The notes under the pieces are model-generated. The model saw only the letters and a program-made list of their open reading frames with translations. It was not told the origin of the DNA and did no database searches. A stretch of DNA of 64,000 bases from an uncultured Elusimicrobia bacterium (GTDB lineage: Bacteria > Elusimicrobiota > Elusimicrobia > 2-01-FULL-59-12): assembly GCA_963702895.1 (NCBI GenBank), contig OY969767.1:288001-352000 (forward strand), written 5' to 3'. The translations under genes were made by a program, and so were the position numbers. Positions 36,788-45,232 of the stretch are shown here, one piece after another; positions within the stretch are counted from its first letter, which is position 1; each line of letters starts with the position of its first letter.

Positions 36788-39705
36788 AGGGTTTCGAACA
36801 GCACTTCAGCGGGATGTTGGGGCAAGAGGCCTGTCGCTTGACGGATCTGTTCCCGGCAAGAAAAGCCGCTGGCGACAACCCGTGCTGCGGGTCCCGCCTT
36901 ACGGAGCGATGGCAGGAGCGCGCGTTCCCCTATCCTGAGCGAGAGCTCCCTGTGCGACTTTTCGAACCCAAAAGCGCCCGCCATGCCGCAGCAGCCGGAT
37001 TCCGGTTCTTCCACGCGATAGCCTAAGCGTTCCAGCAACAGACGGTCCGTGTCGCCGGTGAGCACAGATTTATGGTGGCAATGAGTCTGCAGCACGAGGG
37101 GGGCCGAGGAAGGGGGCCGAGGAAGCGGAGATGGGAGGAGCCCCTTCTTCAATAGGAATTCGCTCAAGAGGAAACTCTGCCGGCTGAGTTGGATGGCGAG
37201 CGGGTCCTTAGGGAAAAAATTCAGGAGTTCATCTCGGAAAACGGAGGCGCACCCGGGCTCCAGGAAGATCACGGGGGTGCCCGCTTCAATTTCAGTTTTC
37301 AAGGCTTTCAAAATCTTCACAAGCTGACTTTTGGCCTGGTCGAGGAAACCATGGTCATAGAGAGGCCTTCCGCAGCAGAGACCCGGCTTGGGTAGCTTGA
37401 CCTGAAGCCCCAATCGTTCGAGGGCCTGGACCGCACTTTGGCCGATGCCAGGCTCCAGATAATTCATGAAGGTATCCGGCCATAACACGACGGTGTCAGA
37501 CCTAGCAGGTGGGGTGGACGTCATCCCGGCATGCCATAAGCCGGGATCCATGGATTCCGGCTTACGCCGGAATGACGGCTTAGAGCGCTCTTGAAACCAG
37601 TGGGTGAAAGACGTAATGGCAAGTTGAGGGATCTTTCGTTCCGGACTGATCCCGGCAGCCCACTTGAGGAGCTGCTGGAAGCCCGGTGCCTGAGCGACGA
37701 GGTTGGCGACTCGGGGCATATGGGACCCCAACTTCAGCCACTGGTGCGCCCATCCCAGGGTATAGGCTGTTCGCGGTCTTAAGCGGCCTTGGTAGTAATG
37801 AGCGAGAAATTCGGCTTTGTAGCTTGCCATGTCGACGTTGGTGGGGCAGTCGCTCTTACAGCCTTTGCAGGAGAGGCAATCGTCGAGCGCGTCTTTCACC
37901 TCCGGGCTTTTCCAGCCTTGCGTGAGGGTCTCACCTTTGAGCATTTCAAAGAGCAAGTGCGCACGGCCCCGCGTGGAGTGTTTTTCTTCCCGGGTCGCCT
38001 GGTAAGAAGGACACATGAGCCCACCCTCTTCCCGCCGGCATTGACCAACACCGACACAGCGCAAAGACGCCCGGGCGAAGCTGCTTTGGTCCCCCGGATA
38101 AGCGAAATGGGTGGAGACCGGAGTTGGCTTATACGACAGACCGTAACGGAGGTCGTCGATGATCGCTTTGGGACGGACCATCTTTCCCGGGTTCATCCGA
38201 TCGCGGGGATCCCAGATCGCTTTAAATTCTTCAAGGGCTTGGATGAGTTCCGGCCCGAACATCTTGGGAAGGAGTTCGGCCCTGGCCTGGCCATCTCCAT
38301 GCTCTCCTGAGATCGACCCGCCATGAGCCACCACGAGGTCCGTGGCTTCATCCAGAAATCGCCTGAAGTCCCGGATGCCGTCGCCAGAGTCCAGGTCAAA
38401 GTCGATGCGCGTGTGAACGCAGCCGTCCCCGAAATGACCGTAAAAAGCGCCCCGGTACCCATGTTCGTTATAGAGATCACGGAGCTTCCTTAAATAGGAA
38501 GCGAGCTGTTCAGGCGGAACGGCTGCGTCTTCCCAACCTTCATAGCGGTCACGAGACCCTGGAATGAAGGCGGTCGCAGCCAGGGCCGATTCCCGGATGC
38601 GCCAGAGATCAGCAGCTTCAGCGGGGGTGCAAAGAAGTGACGATAGGGCCCCATGAGTGGAATGGAGAAGTCGTCCCGCGAAGGCTTTGGCTTCGGCCGG
38701 TTCCTTTGCGCCGAACTCCACAAGCAGCCATGCCCTCCCCGGTGGGAGTTGACTGATTTTGGCTTCATAGCCCTGATAGCGGCGAAGGCCATCCGTCATC
38801 TCAAAGTCAAAACCTTCCAGGCCGAGAGGTTTGTACTGAAGGATATGAGGCACAGCGCCCGCCGCGTCGTAAACGGTGGGATAGCCGAGGACCAAAAGTT
38901 GGCGCGCGCGCGGGCTCTCCACCAAGCGGAGCTTCGCCCTGAGCGTGGTGACACAGGTGCCCTCGCTGCCGACGAGCGCGCGCGCGACATGAAACCCTTT
39001 TTCCGGCAAGAGCTCATCGAGGTTATAGCCGGAGACGCGCCGGGGGATCTTGGGATAGCGCTCACGGATGAGCTTGGCATACCGGTCGCGAAGGGCCTTG
39101 AGCTTGGCGTAAACCTCACCCTGGGGGCCCCCGGCGCGAAGGATCTCTTCCAGCTCCGCCTCGGTTGTGGCCCCCACTTCAAGGCGCAGGCCCTCGTAGG
39201 TCACGATATCCAGGCGCTCGACGTTATCGACGGTCTTGCCCCAGGCCACAGCGTGGACGCCGCAGGAGTTATTGCCGATCATGCCGCCCAGCGTGCAGCG
39301 CGAATGGCTGGCCGGGTCCGGTCCAAAGGTGAGCCCGTGCCGTTCCGCATCGCGGCGCAGGCTGTCCAGGATCACGCCAGGCTCGACCCAGGCGGTGCGC
39401 CCGGTGGGATCAAGCTCCAGGATATGATGCAGGTGTTTTGTGAAATCCAGGATGACGGCGGTGTTGCAGCCTTGTCCGGCGAGGCTTGTCCCCGCGCCGC
39501 GGCTGAGGACCGGCGCATCATGCTGGCGGCAGATCTCCAACGCCTTGAGGACGTCCTCGACCGAACGCGGGAGAACGACCCCGATCGGGACCTGTCGGTA
39601 GTTGGAGGCGTCCGTCGCGTAAAGGGCCTTGGCCTGGACGTCAAAATATACTTCACCACGGAGGGACGCTCTCAGATCGTTTTCGAGTTGAGAAGGGGCG
39701 GGCAG
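36772..39705 (-). CDS. FAD-binding and Fe-S-binding oxidoreductase (GlcD/GlcF fusion, YdiJ-like); start unresolved
   Basis: RGAGTSLAGQ, GGMIGNNSCG, GEHGDG, CVGVGQC, CLSCKGCKSDCP, CCG motifs. Conserved YATDASNY lies upstream of the ORF-track start at 39540. Confidence 0.88.
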   Translation of the reverse strand: MPAPSQLENDLRASLRGEVYFDVQAKALYATDASNYRQVPIGVVLPRSVEDVLKALEICRQHDAPVLSRGAGTSLAGQGCNTAVILDFTKHLHHILELDPTGRTAWVEPGVILDSLRRDAERHGLTFGPDPASHSRCTLGGMIGNNSCGVHAVAWGKTVDNVERLDIVTYEGLRLEVGATTEAELEEILRAGGPQGEVYAKLKALRDRYAKLIRERYPKIPRRVSGYNLDELLPEKGFHVARALVGSEGTCVTTLRAKLRLVESPRARQLLVLGYPTVYDAAGAVPHILQYKPLGLEGFDFEMTDGLRRYQGYEAKISQLPPGRAWLLVEFGAKEPAEAKAFAGRLLHSTHGALSSLLCTPAEAADLWRIRESALAATAFIPGSRDRYEGWEDAAVPPEQLASYLRKLRDLYNEHGYRGAFYGHFGDGCVHTRIDFDLDSGDGIRDFRRFLDEATDLVVAHGGSISGEHGDGQARAELLPKMFGPELIQALEEFKAIWDPRDRMNPGKMVRPKAIIDDLRYGLSYKPTPVSTHFAYPGDQSSFARASLRCVGVGQCRREEGGLMCPSYQATREEKHSTRGRAHLLFEMLKGETLTQGWKSPEVKDALDDCLSCKGCKSDCPTNVDMASYKAEFLAHYYQGRLRPRTAYTLGWAHQWLKLGSHMPRVANLVAQAPGFQQLLKWAAGISPERKIPQLAITSFTHWFQERSKPSFRRKPESMDPGLWHAGMTSTPPARSDTVVLWPDTFMNYLEPGIGQSAVQALERLGLQVKLPKPGLCCGRPLYDHGFLDQAKSQLVKILKALKTEIEAGTPVIFLEPGCASVFRDELLNFFPKDPLAIQLSRQSFLLSEFLLKKGLLPSPLPRPPSSAPLVLQTHCHHKSVLTGDTDRLLLERLGYRVEEPESGCCGMAGAFGFEKSHRELSLRIGERALLPSLRKAGPAARVVASGFSCREQIRQATGLLPQHPAEVLFETLHSQA
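37519..37577. repeat. Palindromic element core translated within the oxidoreductase
   Basis: CGTCATCCCGGC..GCCGGGATCCA-TGGATTCCGGC..GCCGGAATGACG, encoding SFRRKPESMDPGLWHAGMT. Confidence 0.85.
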
Positions 39706-39773
39706 AGGTTTGAGAGAATCCGCGCTCCCGGGTCGCTGACGGGTCCAGCCATCGTGTCCGATAACGATTGGTG

Positions 39774-40805
39774 TTACTCCACTTCTTTCAGAGCTTTGAT
39801 GATCTGCGAAGGGCTCGGAAGCAGGTTCTTCAATTTCTTCGGAAGGTGAGCCATGACGCGGTAAGTGGCAACGCCGATAGGTTTATGCGAGTCTTTCAGG
39901 GCGTACTCCACAATGGTTCTATCTTTAGACCGGCATAGGATAATTCCGATGGGGGGATTTTCACCCTTCAGGCGAACCCGCTGGTCAAGAGCCGCCAGAT
40001 AAAATTGCATTTTGCCGACATAGTCAGGGACAAAGTCGCCGACTTTAAGCTCCAAGGCGACCAGGGCTTTGAGAGCCCGGTGAAAAAGCAGCAGATCGAT
40101 GAAGTATTCCTTGTTATGGAACTCCAGGCGATATTGGCTGCCGACAAAGGAGAACATTCCTCCCATTTCAGCCAGGAAACGTTCCATCTTGGCCAGGATG
40201 GCCCGCTCAAGCTCTCGCTCACTATGTTCTCCTCCAAGCTCCAGAAAATCAAATGTGTACTCATCTCGAACCGCCAGTCTGCCTTGTTTACGAAGCTCGG
40301 GGGAAAGGCTTTTGTGGAAATTAGTCTGGCCCGTCATGGTTTTTTCATACGACCGATTGTCAATCTGGTGGATCAATACGTCTTTGGTCCAGCCATACTT
40401 TCTTGTCATCCGAATGTAGAATTCCCGTTCCATATCGTCCTTGCAGCGCTCCATAATGATGAGATTGTGAGACCATCCTATTTCTCGCACCAAGGGTGCG
40501 AGTTTTTCCCGTCTAGAATAGGTCTCAAAGAATATACGCGCGCGCCAGAGATTGGACGATGAAAATCCCTTGATTCCTGGGAATTCGCGTTGCAGGTCGC
40601 CGGCCAGCGTTTCGACGACTGATTTGCCCCATTGCTCTCGGGATATCCGGGTAGAAATCATTTGACCCACATCCCAGTACATTAGGATCAGTTCCTTGTT
40701 GACGGCCTTTAAGGCGACATACTGGGCGGAGCGAATTCTTTCTTTGATCGCCCCGAGGAGAGCTCTATAGTCGTTGGGAAGACGCGATTTCGTCATGGAG
40801 GCCAT
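39774..40805 (-). CDS. YhcG/DUF1016 PD-(D/E)XK nuclease family protein
   Basis: VNKELILMYWDVG, GFSSSNL, GWSHN, Y.FDFL, IDLLLFHR.L..LVALELK, GKMQFYL. Confidence 0.92.
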   Translation of the reverse strand: MASMTKSRLPNDYRALLGAIKERIRSAQYVALKAVNKELILMYWDVGQMISTRISREQWGKSVVETLAGDLQREFPGIKGFSSSNLWRARIFFETYSRREKLAPLVREIGWSHNLIIMERCKDDMEREFYIRMTRKYGWTKDVLIHQIDNRSYEKTMTGQTNFHKSLSPELRKQGRLAVRDEYTFDFLELGGEHSERELERAILAKMERFLAEMGGMFSFVGSQYRLEFHNKEYFIDLLLFHRALKALVALELKVGDFVPDYVGKMQFYLAALDQRVRLKGENPPIGIILCRSKDRTIVEYALKDSHKPIGVATYRVMAHLPKKLKNLLPSPSQIIKALKEVE

Positions 40806-40902
40806 ATTTTAACCTTTTCAGGCAGGCTCGGCGGCGGGGTGTCGGTTTTTTCAATCCAGTGCGTCTATTCCGTCCTCTGCATAGTGTTTGCTGTGGCGAG
40901 AG

Positions 40903-41158
40903 TGGCCCTGATCGGACTCCCGCCTCCGCCAAGGCTGCGGCGGGCAAGCGAACCACAAAAATGGCCTTGGCCGGACTCGAACCGGCACGGACCTATAGGG
41001 TCCAACGGATTTTAAGTCCGTTGCGTCTACCATTCCGCCACAAGGCCATTCATTTTGTGCGCTTGCCCTCCGTAGCTTTGCGAAGGAGGGTCTACCAATT
41101 CCCCGCCACTGAGTCGTTGGCGGGCCCGCCGCGTTGTAGTGGCGGGCGCCACAGGGCC
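40903..41158 (-). other. Split, insertion-interrupted tRNA-like shell surrounding tRNA-Leu
   Basis: 5' GGCCCTG-TGGCG[ins]GAATTGGTAGA[ins]CGCACAAAA ... TTTTGTG-GTTCG[ins]AGTCCG-AT-CAGGGCC-A 3'. Confidence 0.75.
40962..41047 (-). tRNA. tRNA-Leu (anticodon UAA), CCA not encoded
   Basis: GGCCTTG/CAAGGCC acceptor, GGCGGAATGGTAGACGC D-arm, ACGGA-CTTAAAA-TCCGT anticodon arm, long variable arm, GGTTCGAGTCC. Confidence 0.96.
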
Positions 41159-41227
41159 ACATGGACAACAAGTGTACATCTAGGGGACGCTCCTCACAAA
41201 CTCACATTCCATCGAGAAGAGAGCCCC

Positions 41228-41305
41228 CAAAGCAGAGACACGAAAGCAAAAAGCAGATAGCAAAACGTTTTGCTTTCGGCGTCCTGCGATCGTTGCTCTG
41301 CTTTG
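41228..41305. repeat. Heptamer-based imperfect inverted repeat
   Basis: CAAAGCAGAG..CTCTGCTTTG enclosing CGAAAGCAAAA..TTTTGCTTTCG. Resembles 35692-35765. Confidence 0.6.
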
Positions 41306-41370
41306 AATGGTCTGCTTTGACGGCTGATCAGACCATGATCACAGCGAAGCGGTTTTGTGAGGGACGTCCC

Positions 41371-41667
41371 TTAGAATTTGTAGGCGATGGCGCCGACGAA
41401 GCGAATGCGACCGTCCTGGGTGTTGAAAATGGGCTGGAACTCCGTCTGACTGGGAGCGCTCAGCACTTCACCGCGCAGACCCCTCATCCAACGCAAGACT
41501 TTGGCGGGCGTGACGGTTTTATCGGCGCTGGCCTCCCAACGGAGATTTTGTTCGTAGGTTTCATCTCGCAGGAGCGGGACTCTGCTCCGCAAAGTTGGGG
41601 CTGCCCAAAGGGCTTGCGTTCCCGCAAGGACGATCATTGAGCTCAAGATGACGAGAATCCGTTTCAT
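41371..41667 (-). CDS. Small secreted hypothetical protein
   Basis: Signal peptide MKRILVILSSMIVLAGTQALWA, RBS AAGGGGG, C-terminal beta-strand-like VGAIAYKF. Confidence 0.65.
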   Translation of the reverse strand: MKRILVILSSMIVLAGTQALWAAPTLRSRVPLLRDETYEQNLRWEASADKTVTPAKVLRWMRGLRGEVLSAPSQTEFQPIFNTQDGRIRFVGAIAYKF

Positions 41668-41811
41668 AGCCAGATCCCCCCTTCCAGTACCTCTCTATCC
41701 CCGCATCTTAAGCCATGTCAACACATCGATAACTCAACTCAATAATGCCTAAAACTGATATAGAAATAGAAGATCTATTCAGCGTGCTGTTAAATTCTTT
41801 TAAATGAGCGT

Positions 41812-41975
41812 TAACCGGAATTCCCCAGTTCGTCACCCCGGCGGATTGTTAGCCGGGGTCTATCATAGACGTAAGAGTAATGATGGATCCCGGCTGACGG
41901 CATGCCGGGATGACGGCACAAACAGGTTGAACTCTGACGGACGATAGATTGAATGTGACTGAAGATTTCCGGTTG
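41812..41975. mobile_element. MITE/REP-like palindromic element, copy D
   Basis: TAACCGGAA..TTCCGGTTG termini. First 36 nt of core identical to copy A. Confidence 0.85.
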
Positions 41976-42016
41976 AGCGCACCTGGTGTCAGGAGTGGGG
42001 TGCTATACTTAAGCCG

Positions 42017-42553
42017 ATGATGCGCCGATGGACCTTACTAGGATGTCTGGTCGCAACCTGCTGGATGCTTCCGGGGCCGCCGAGAGGCCTGGCGTCGGGT
42101 GCGAACGTGAAGGTTTATTCCGTCGCCAAGAAAGGAATCATTACCGTGGAAAAAGTGGTCAAGTCTGACGCGCAGTGGAAAAACATCTTAACGCCTGAAC
42201 AATACGAAATCACCCGCAAGAAAGGGACCGAGCGCTCCTGTTCCGGTGCCTTTTGGAAGCATCATCAGGAGGGCGTATACCGGTGTGTGTGCTGCGGCAA
42301 CGACCTGTTCCAATCGAAGAAGAAATTTGACTCCAGCACAGGCTGGCCCAGCTTCTTTGATCCCGTGGCGCCGCAAAATATCCATACGGAACTGGACAAC
42401 AGTTTTGGGATGCGGCGGACCGAGGTCTTGTGCGCCCGCTGTGACGCCCATCTCGGCCACGTCTTTGAGGATGGCCCCAAGCCCACGGGACTTCGCTACT
42501 GCATCAATTCCGCAGCGCTTGTTTTTGTTTCGGCTGACAAGATTGGAAAGTGA
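42017..42553 (+). CDS. msrB: Peptide-methionine (R)-S-oxide reductase MsrB, signal-peptide bearing
   Basis: [37 protein letters not shown], two CxxC. Confidence 0.96.
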   Translation: MMRRWTLLGCLVATCWMLPGPPRGLASGANVKVYSVAKKGIITVEKVVKSDAQWKNILTPEQYEITRKKGTERSCSGAFWKHHQEGVYRCVCCGNDLFQSKKKFDSSTGWPSFFDPVAPQNIHTELDNSFGMRRTEVLCARCDAHLGHVFEDGPKPTGLRYCINSAALVFVSADKIGK

Positions 42554-42600
42554 GCTTGGTGAGGCTGTCTCACGGAGAGCTGGGGCGATGGGTGGTCTGG

Positions 42601-43014
42601 CTATTTCGGCGGAGCGGCGTCTGATATCGCGGAGACCTTCGTAACGAAGTATCTGGTTTCACCGAAGCAGTTGGTGGGGATGCCGGGGTGATGTTCGTAG
42701 GTGAGCGAAAGGCGCTGTCCCGCGCGCTGCATGAGTTCTTGGGCGATCTTCTCATCACGGACGCTGAAGTGAAAGATTTCGGGCATGGCGCCGGGTAAAT
42801 TGACCATCGCCAGCTCCCCTTCCCAGGTTTTACAGAGCCAGCCCTTCTTGGAAATCTTCTGGAGATAGCCTGCCCGCTCACCCATCGAGTAAACATAGTG
42901 AAGGGTTCCCCAGGTCCAAACCACAAGCCCGAGCACCCCCAGCGCCACGAGCGAGAGCGCCCCTTTCTTGATTTTACGGAGGATATTCTGTGCGGGAGTT
43001 ATTTCTTGTTCCAC
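42601..43014 (-). CDS. Conserved membrane-anchored hypothetical protein
   Basis: TM then YS.GERAG...K.SKKG..CKTWEGEL..CFGET.YF. GTG start with TATAAC 6 nt upstream. Confidence 0.75.
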   Translation of the reverse strand: MEQEITPAQNILRKIKKGALSLVALGVLGLVVWTWGTLHYVYSMGERAGYLQKISKKGWLCKTWEGELAMVNLPGAMPEIFHFSVRDEKIAQELMQRAGQRLSLTYEHHPGIPTNCFGETRYFVTKVSAISDAAPPK

Positions 43015-43218
43015 GGGCTCGTTATAGCGTTTTTGCTGCCTGTTTGACAAGCGTCCGAATCAAATCGTCCAAAATGTTGCCGAAGACCCCAAAAGGGTCC
43101 CAGAAGGCCTAGGTAAATGCGAAATGTACGAGTTTTTCAGGAATTTCTCTAAAAATCAGATAATTTTGGTTTTTATTGGGACCTAACTAAGATAAAATAG
43201 CCGTAGGAGATACAAGCT

Positions 43219-45165
43219 ATGAAAAAAGTCCTTTTAACGAGCATTTGCCGGCCTATCGGCGAGAAGTATGGTGACGCGCCCAGTGTAGGCTATGAGCTGC
43301 TCTATGGTCAGGTGACGCGCGCCCAGGGCCTTTTCAGCCCGCGTGCCAACCATATCCATTTTTCTCTTGAATACATAGGGGAAAACCTGGATTCCCCGGT
43401 CACCATCCTCCAATATCCCAGCCGCCGGGAGCTCATCCGGGAGCTCCGTCAAGGCTATGACGTGATCGGCGTCTCGTTCATTCTGGCCACCTTTCATCGC
43501 ATGAAGGAAGTCGTGGCCCTGATCCGCGAACACGCGCCGGAAGCCAAGATCGTCCTGGGAGGCTACGGGACTGTGCTCTCCGATGAGGTGCTGGCTCCCT
43601 ATGGCGACGCCTTCTGCCGCGAAGAAGGGGTGGAGTTTATGCGGCGATACCTGGGGGAACCGCCGCTTCCCATGCCTTACCGCCATCCGCTCGTGGTGAG
43701 CCGTTTACGCATCTTTGGTCAGGAGATATCGCGTACGGGGATGGTCTTTGCCGGGCTCGGTTGCCCGAACGGCTGCGACTTCTGCTGCACCTCCTATTTT
43801 TTCAAGCGCAAGCACATCAAGCTTCTGCCCACAGGCCGCGACATCTACAACACGATCGAGCGCTACCTGGACATGGAACCGGAGATGTCGATTGTCGTGA
43901 TCGACGAGGACTTCCTGCTGAACAAGAAACGGGCGATGGAATTCCGCGACTGCGTCATGGCCGGCGGGCGGGCGCTTTCCGTTTTCGTTTTTTCCAGCAT
44001 CCGCGCCATCAGCCAATACACCGTGACCGAAATCCTGGAAATGGGCATCGATGGGTTCTGGATCGGCTATGAAGGGACCCGCTCGGGCTATGCGAAACAG
44101 TCCGGCCGGTCCACCGAGGAGATCTTCCGCGAATTTCGCGAGCACGGGATCTCGATTCTGGCCTCCATGATCGTGGGCTTTCCTTACCAGACGCCCGAAA
44201 TCATCCGGGAAGAGCGCGCGGGTCTTTTCGCGCTCAAGCCCACGCTGGGCCAATTTCTCATCTATGGCCCCACGCCTGGAACCCCGTTTTATGAACGCAT
44301 CGTGGAACAGAACCTCCTGCACAAGGATCTCGTGGATGACCGCGAGCGCTACTACCACTCCTGTACGGGCTTCCGCGCGATGGTGCAGCACCCGAGCATG
44401 AGCCCGGCGCAGATTGAAGACCTCCAGAGCGAGTGTTTTGAAGAGGATTTCCGCCGCCTGGGGCCCTCGATGTACCGCTCGATCGAAACTTGGATTCTGG
44501 GCTATACCAAGCTCAAGGAGAGCCCTCTGCCCGCCCTGCAGAGGAAAGCCAAGCGTTTTGCCTTTGAAATCCGCCGCGCTTACCCGGTGTTTCTGGCCGG
44601 GCGCGTACTGGGCCCGACCGCGGAGGTACGGTCCTGGATCGGCGAGCTGGAGAAACGGGCGTACCAGACGCTGGGCAATCCGTCCTGGGTAGAGCGCATC
44701 AAGTCCGTCGCGGCGCTGGGTCTTGCCGCGTTCAACGGTCTTGCGCTCAAGCTTGGCCTGTTTCAGCACCCCTCTTTACTCCGCCATACGTTTCGTATGC
44801 CGGAGGAATCCGTTCCCGCGAAACTTTGGCGAAGGCTTCGCCGCGAAGACCCGGAAGGCCATGCCGTGCATGTGGAACTGCGCCCAGAGTCCACGGTCTG
44901 GGTTCGTATTGAAGGGTATCTCGCTCAGTCTGGCGCGGATCGACTCGCAGACCAGCTTCGTAAAGCCCTGGCCCAGCGCCGGGAGCTGCTCGTTCTGGAC
45001 CTTCACCGCCTGAAAGCCTCCGAAGAGCAAGCCTTGTCGCGCCTGGCTGCCACGCTCTCCGAGTACGGTGAGCGTATTCGCGTGGTCTTGCCAGACACGT
45101 ATCAATTTTCAGCCTTTTCCTCTTTGAGTGGATTCCGGCCCACCTGCCTGAGCCTGTCGGAATAG
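43219..45165 (+). CDS. Cobalamin-binding-domain radical SAM protein with STAS-like C-terminal domain
   Basis: DVIGVS..IVLGGYG, CPNGCDFC, IDEDFL, P.PGTP. AGGAG RBS. Confidence 0.85.
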   Translation: MKKVLLTSICRPIGEKYGDAPSVGYELLYGQVTRAQGLFSPRANHIHFSLEYIGENLDSPVTILQYPSRRELIRELRQGYDVIGVSFILATFHRMKEVVALIREHAPEAKIVLGGYGTVLSDEVLAPYGDAFCREEGVEFMRRYLGEPPLPMPYRHPLVVSRLRIFGQEISRTGMVFAGLGCPNGCDFCCTSYFFKRKHIKLLPTGRDIYNTIERYLDMEPEMSIVVIDEDFLLNKKRAMEFRDCVMAGGRALSVFVFSSIRAISQYTVTEILEMGIDGFWIGYEGTRSGYAKQSGRSTEEIFREFREHGISILASMIVGFPYQTPEIIREERAGLFALKPTLGQFLIYGPTPGTPFYERIVEQNLLHKDLVDDRERYYHSCTGFRAMVQHPSMSPAQIEDLQSECFEEDFRRLGPSMYRSIETWILGYTKLKESPLPALQRKAKRFAFEIRRAYPVFLAGRVLGPTAEVRSWIGELEKRAYQTLGNPSWVERIKSVAALGLAAFNGLALKLGLFQHPSLLRHTFRMPEESVPAKLWRRLRREDPEGHAVHVELRPESTVWVRIEGYLAQSGADRLADQLRKALAQRRELLVLDLHRLKASEEQALSRLAATLSEYGERIRVVLPDTYQFSAFSSLSGFRPTCLSLSE

Positions 45166-45232
45166 CAAGCGTCCGAACACCTGCGTCCCCAACGGCGAAA
45201 GCGATGGACTCTAGGACGAAAGAGTTTTGATT

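Noticed and set aside
38653..39849. 398-aa plus-strand ORF
   Set aside because: Antisense to the conserved FAD/Fe-S oxidoreductase.
40903..40960. Downstream tRNA 3' fragment as the att site of an integrated island
   Set aside because: It is immediately adjacent to the tRNA, no integrase is present, and its acceptor strand pairs with the upstream 5' fragment rather than matching the intact tRNA.
40851..41260. ORFs spanning the tRNA locus
   Set aside because: They overlap tRNA-Leu and palindromic inserts and lack protein features.
2620..41975. Repeated palindromes as a CRISPR array
   Set aside because: Copies are kilobases apart with no repeat-spacer periodicity, and there are no cas genes in the window.
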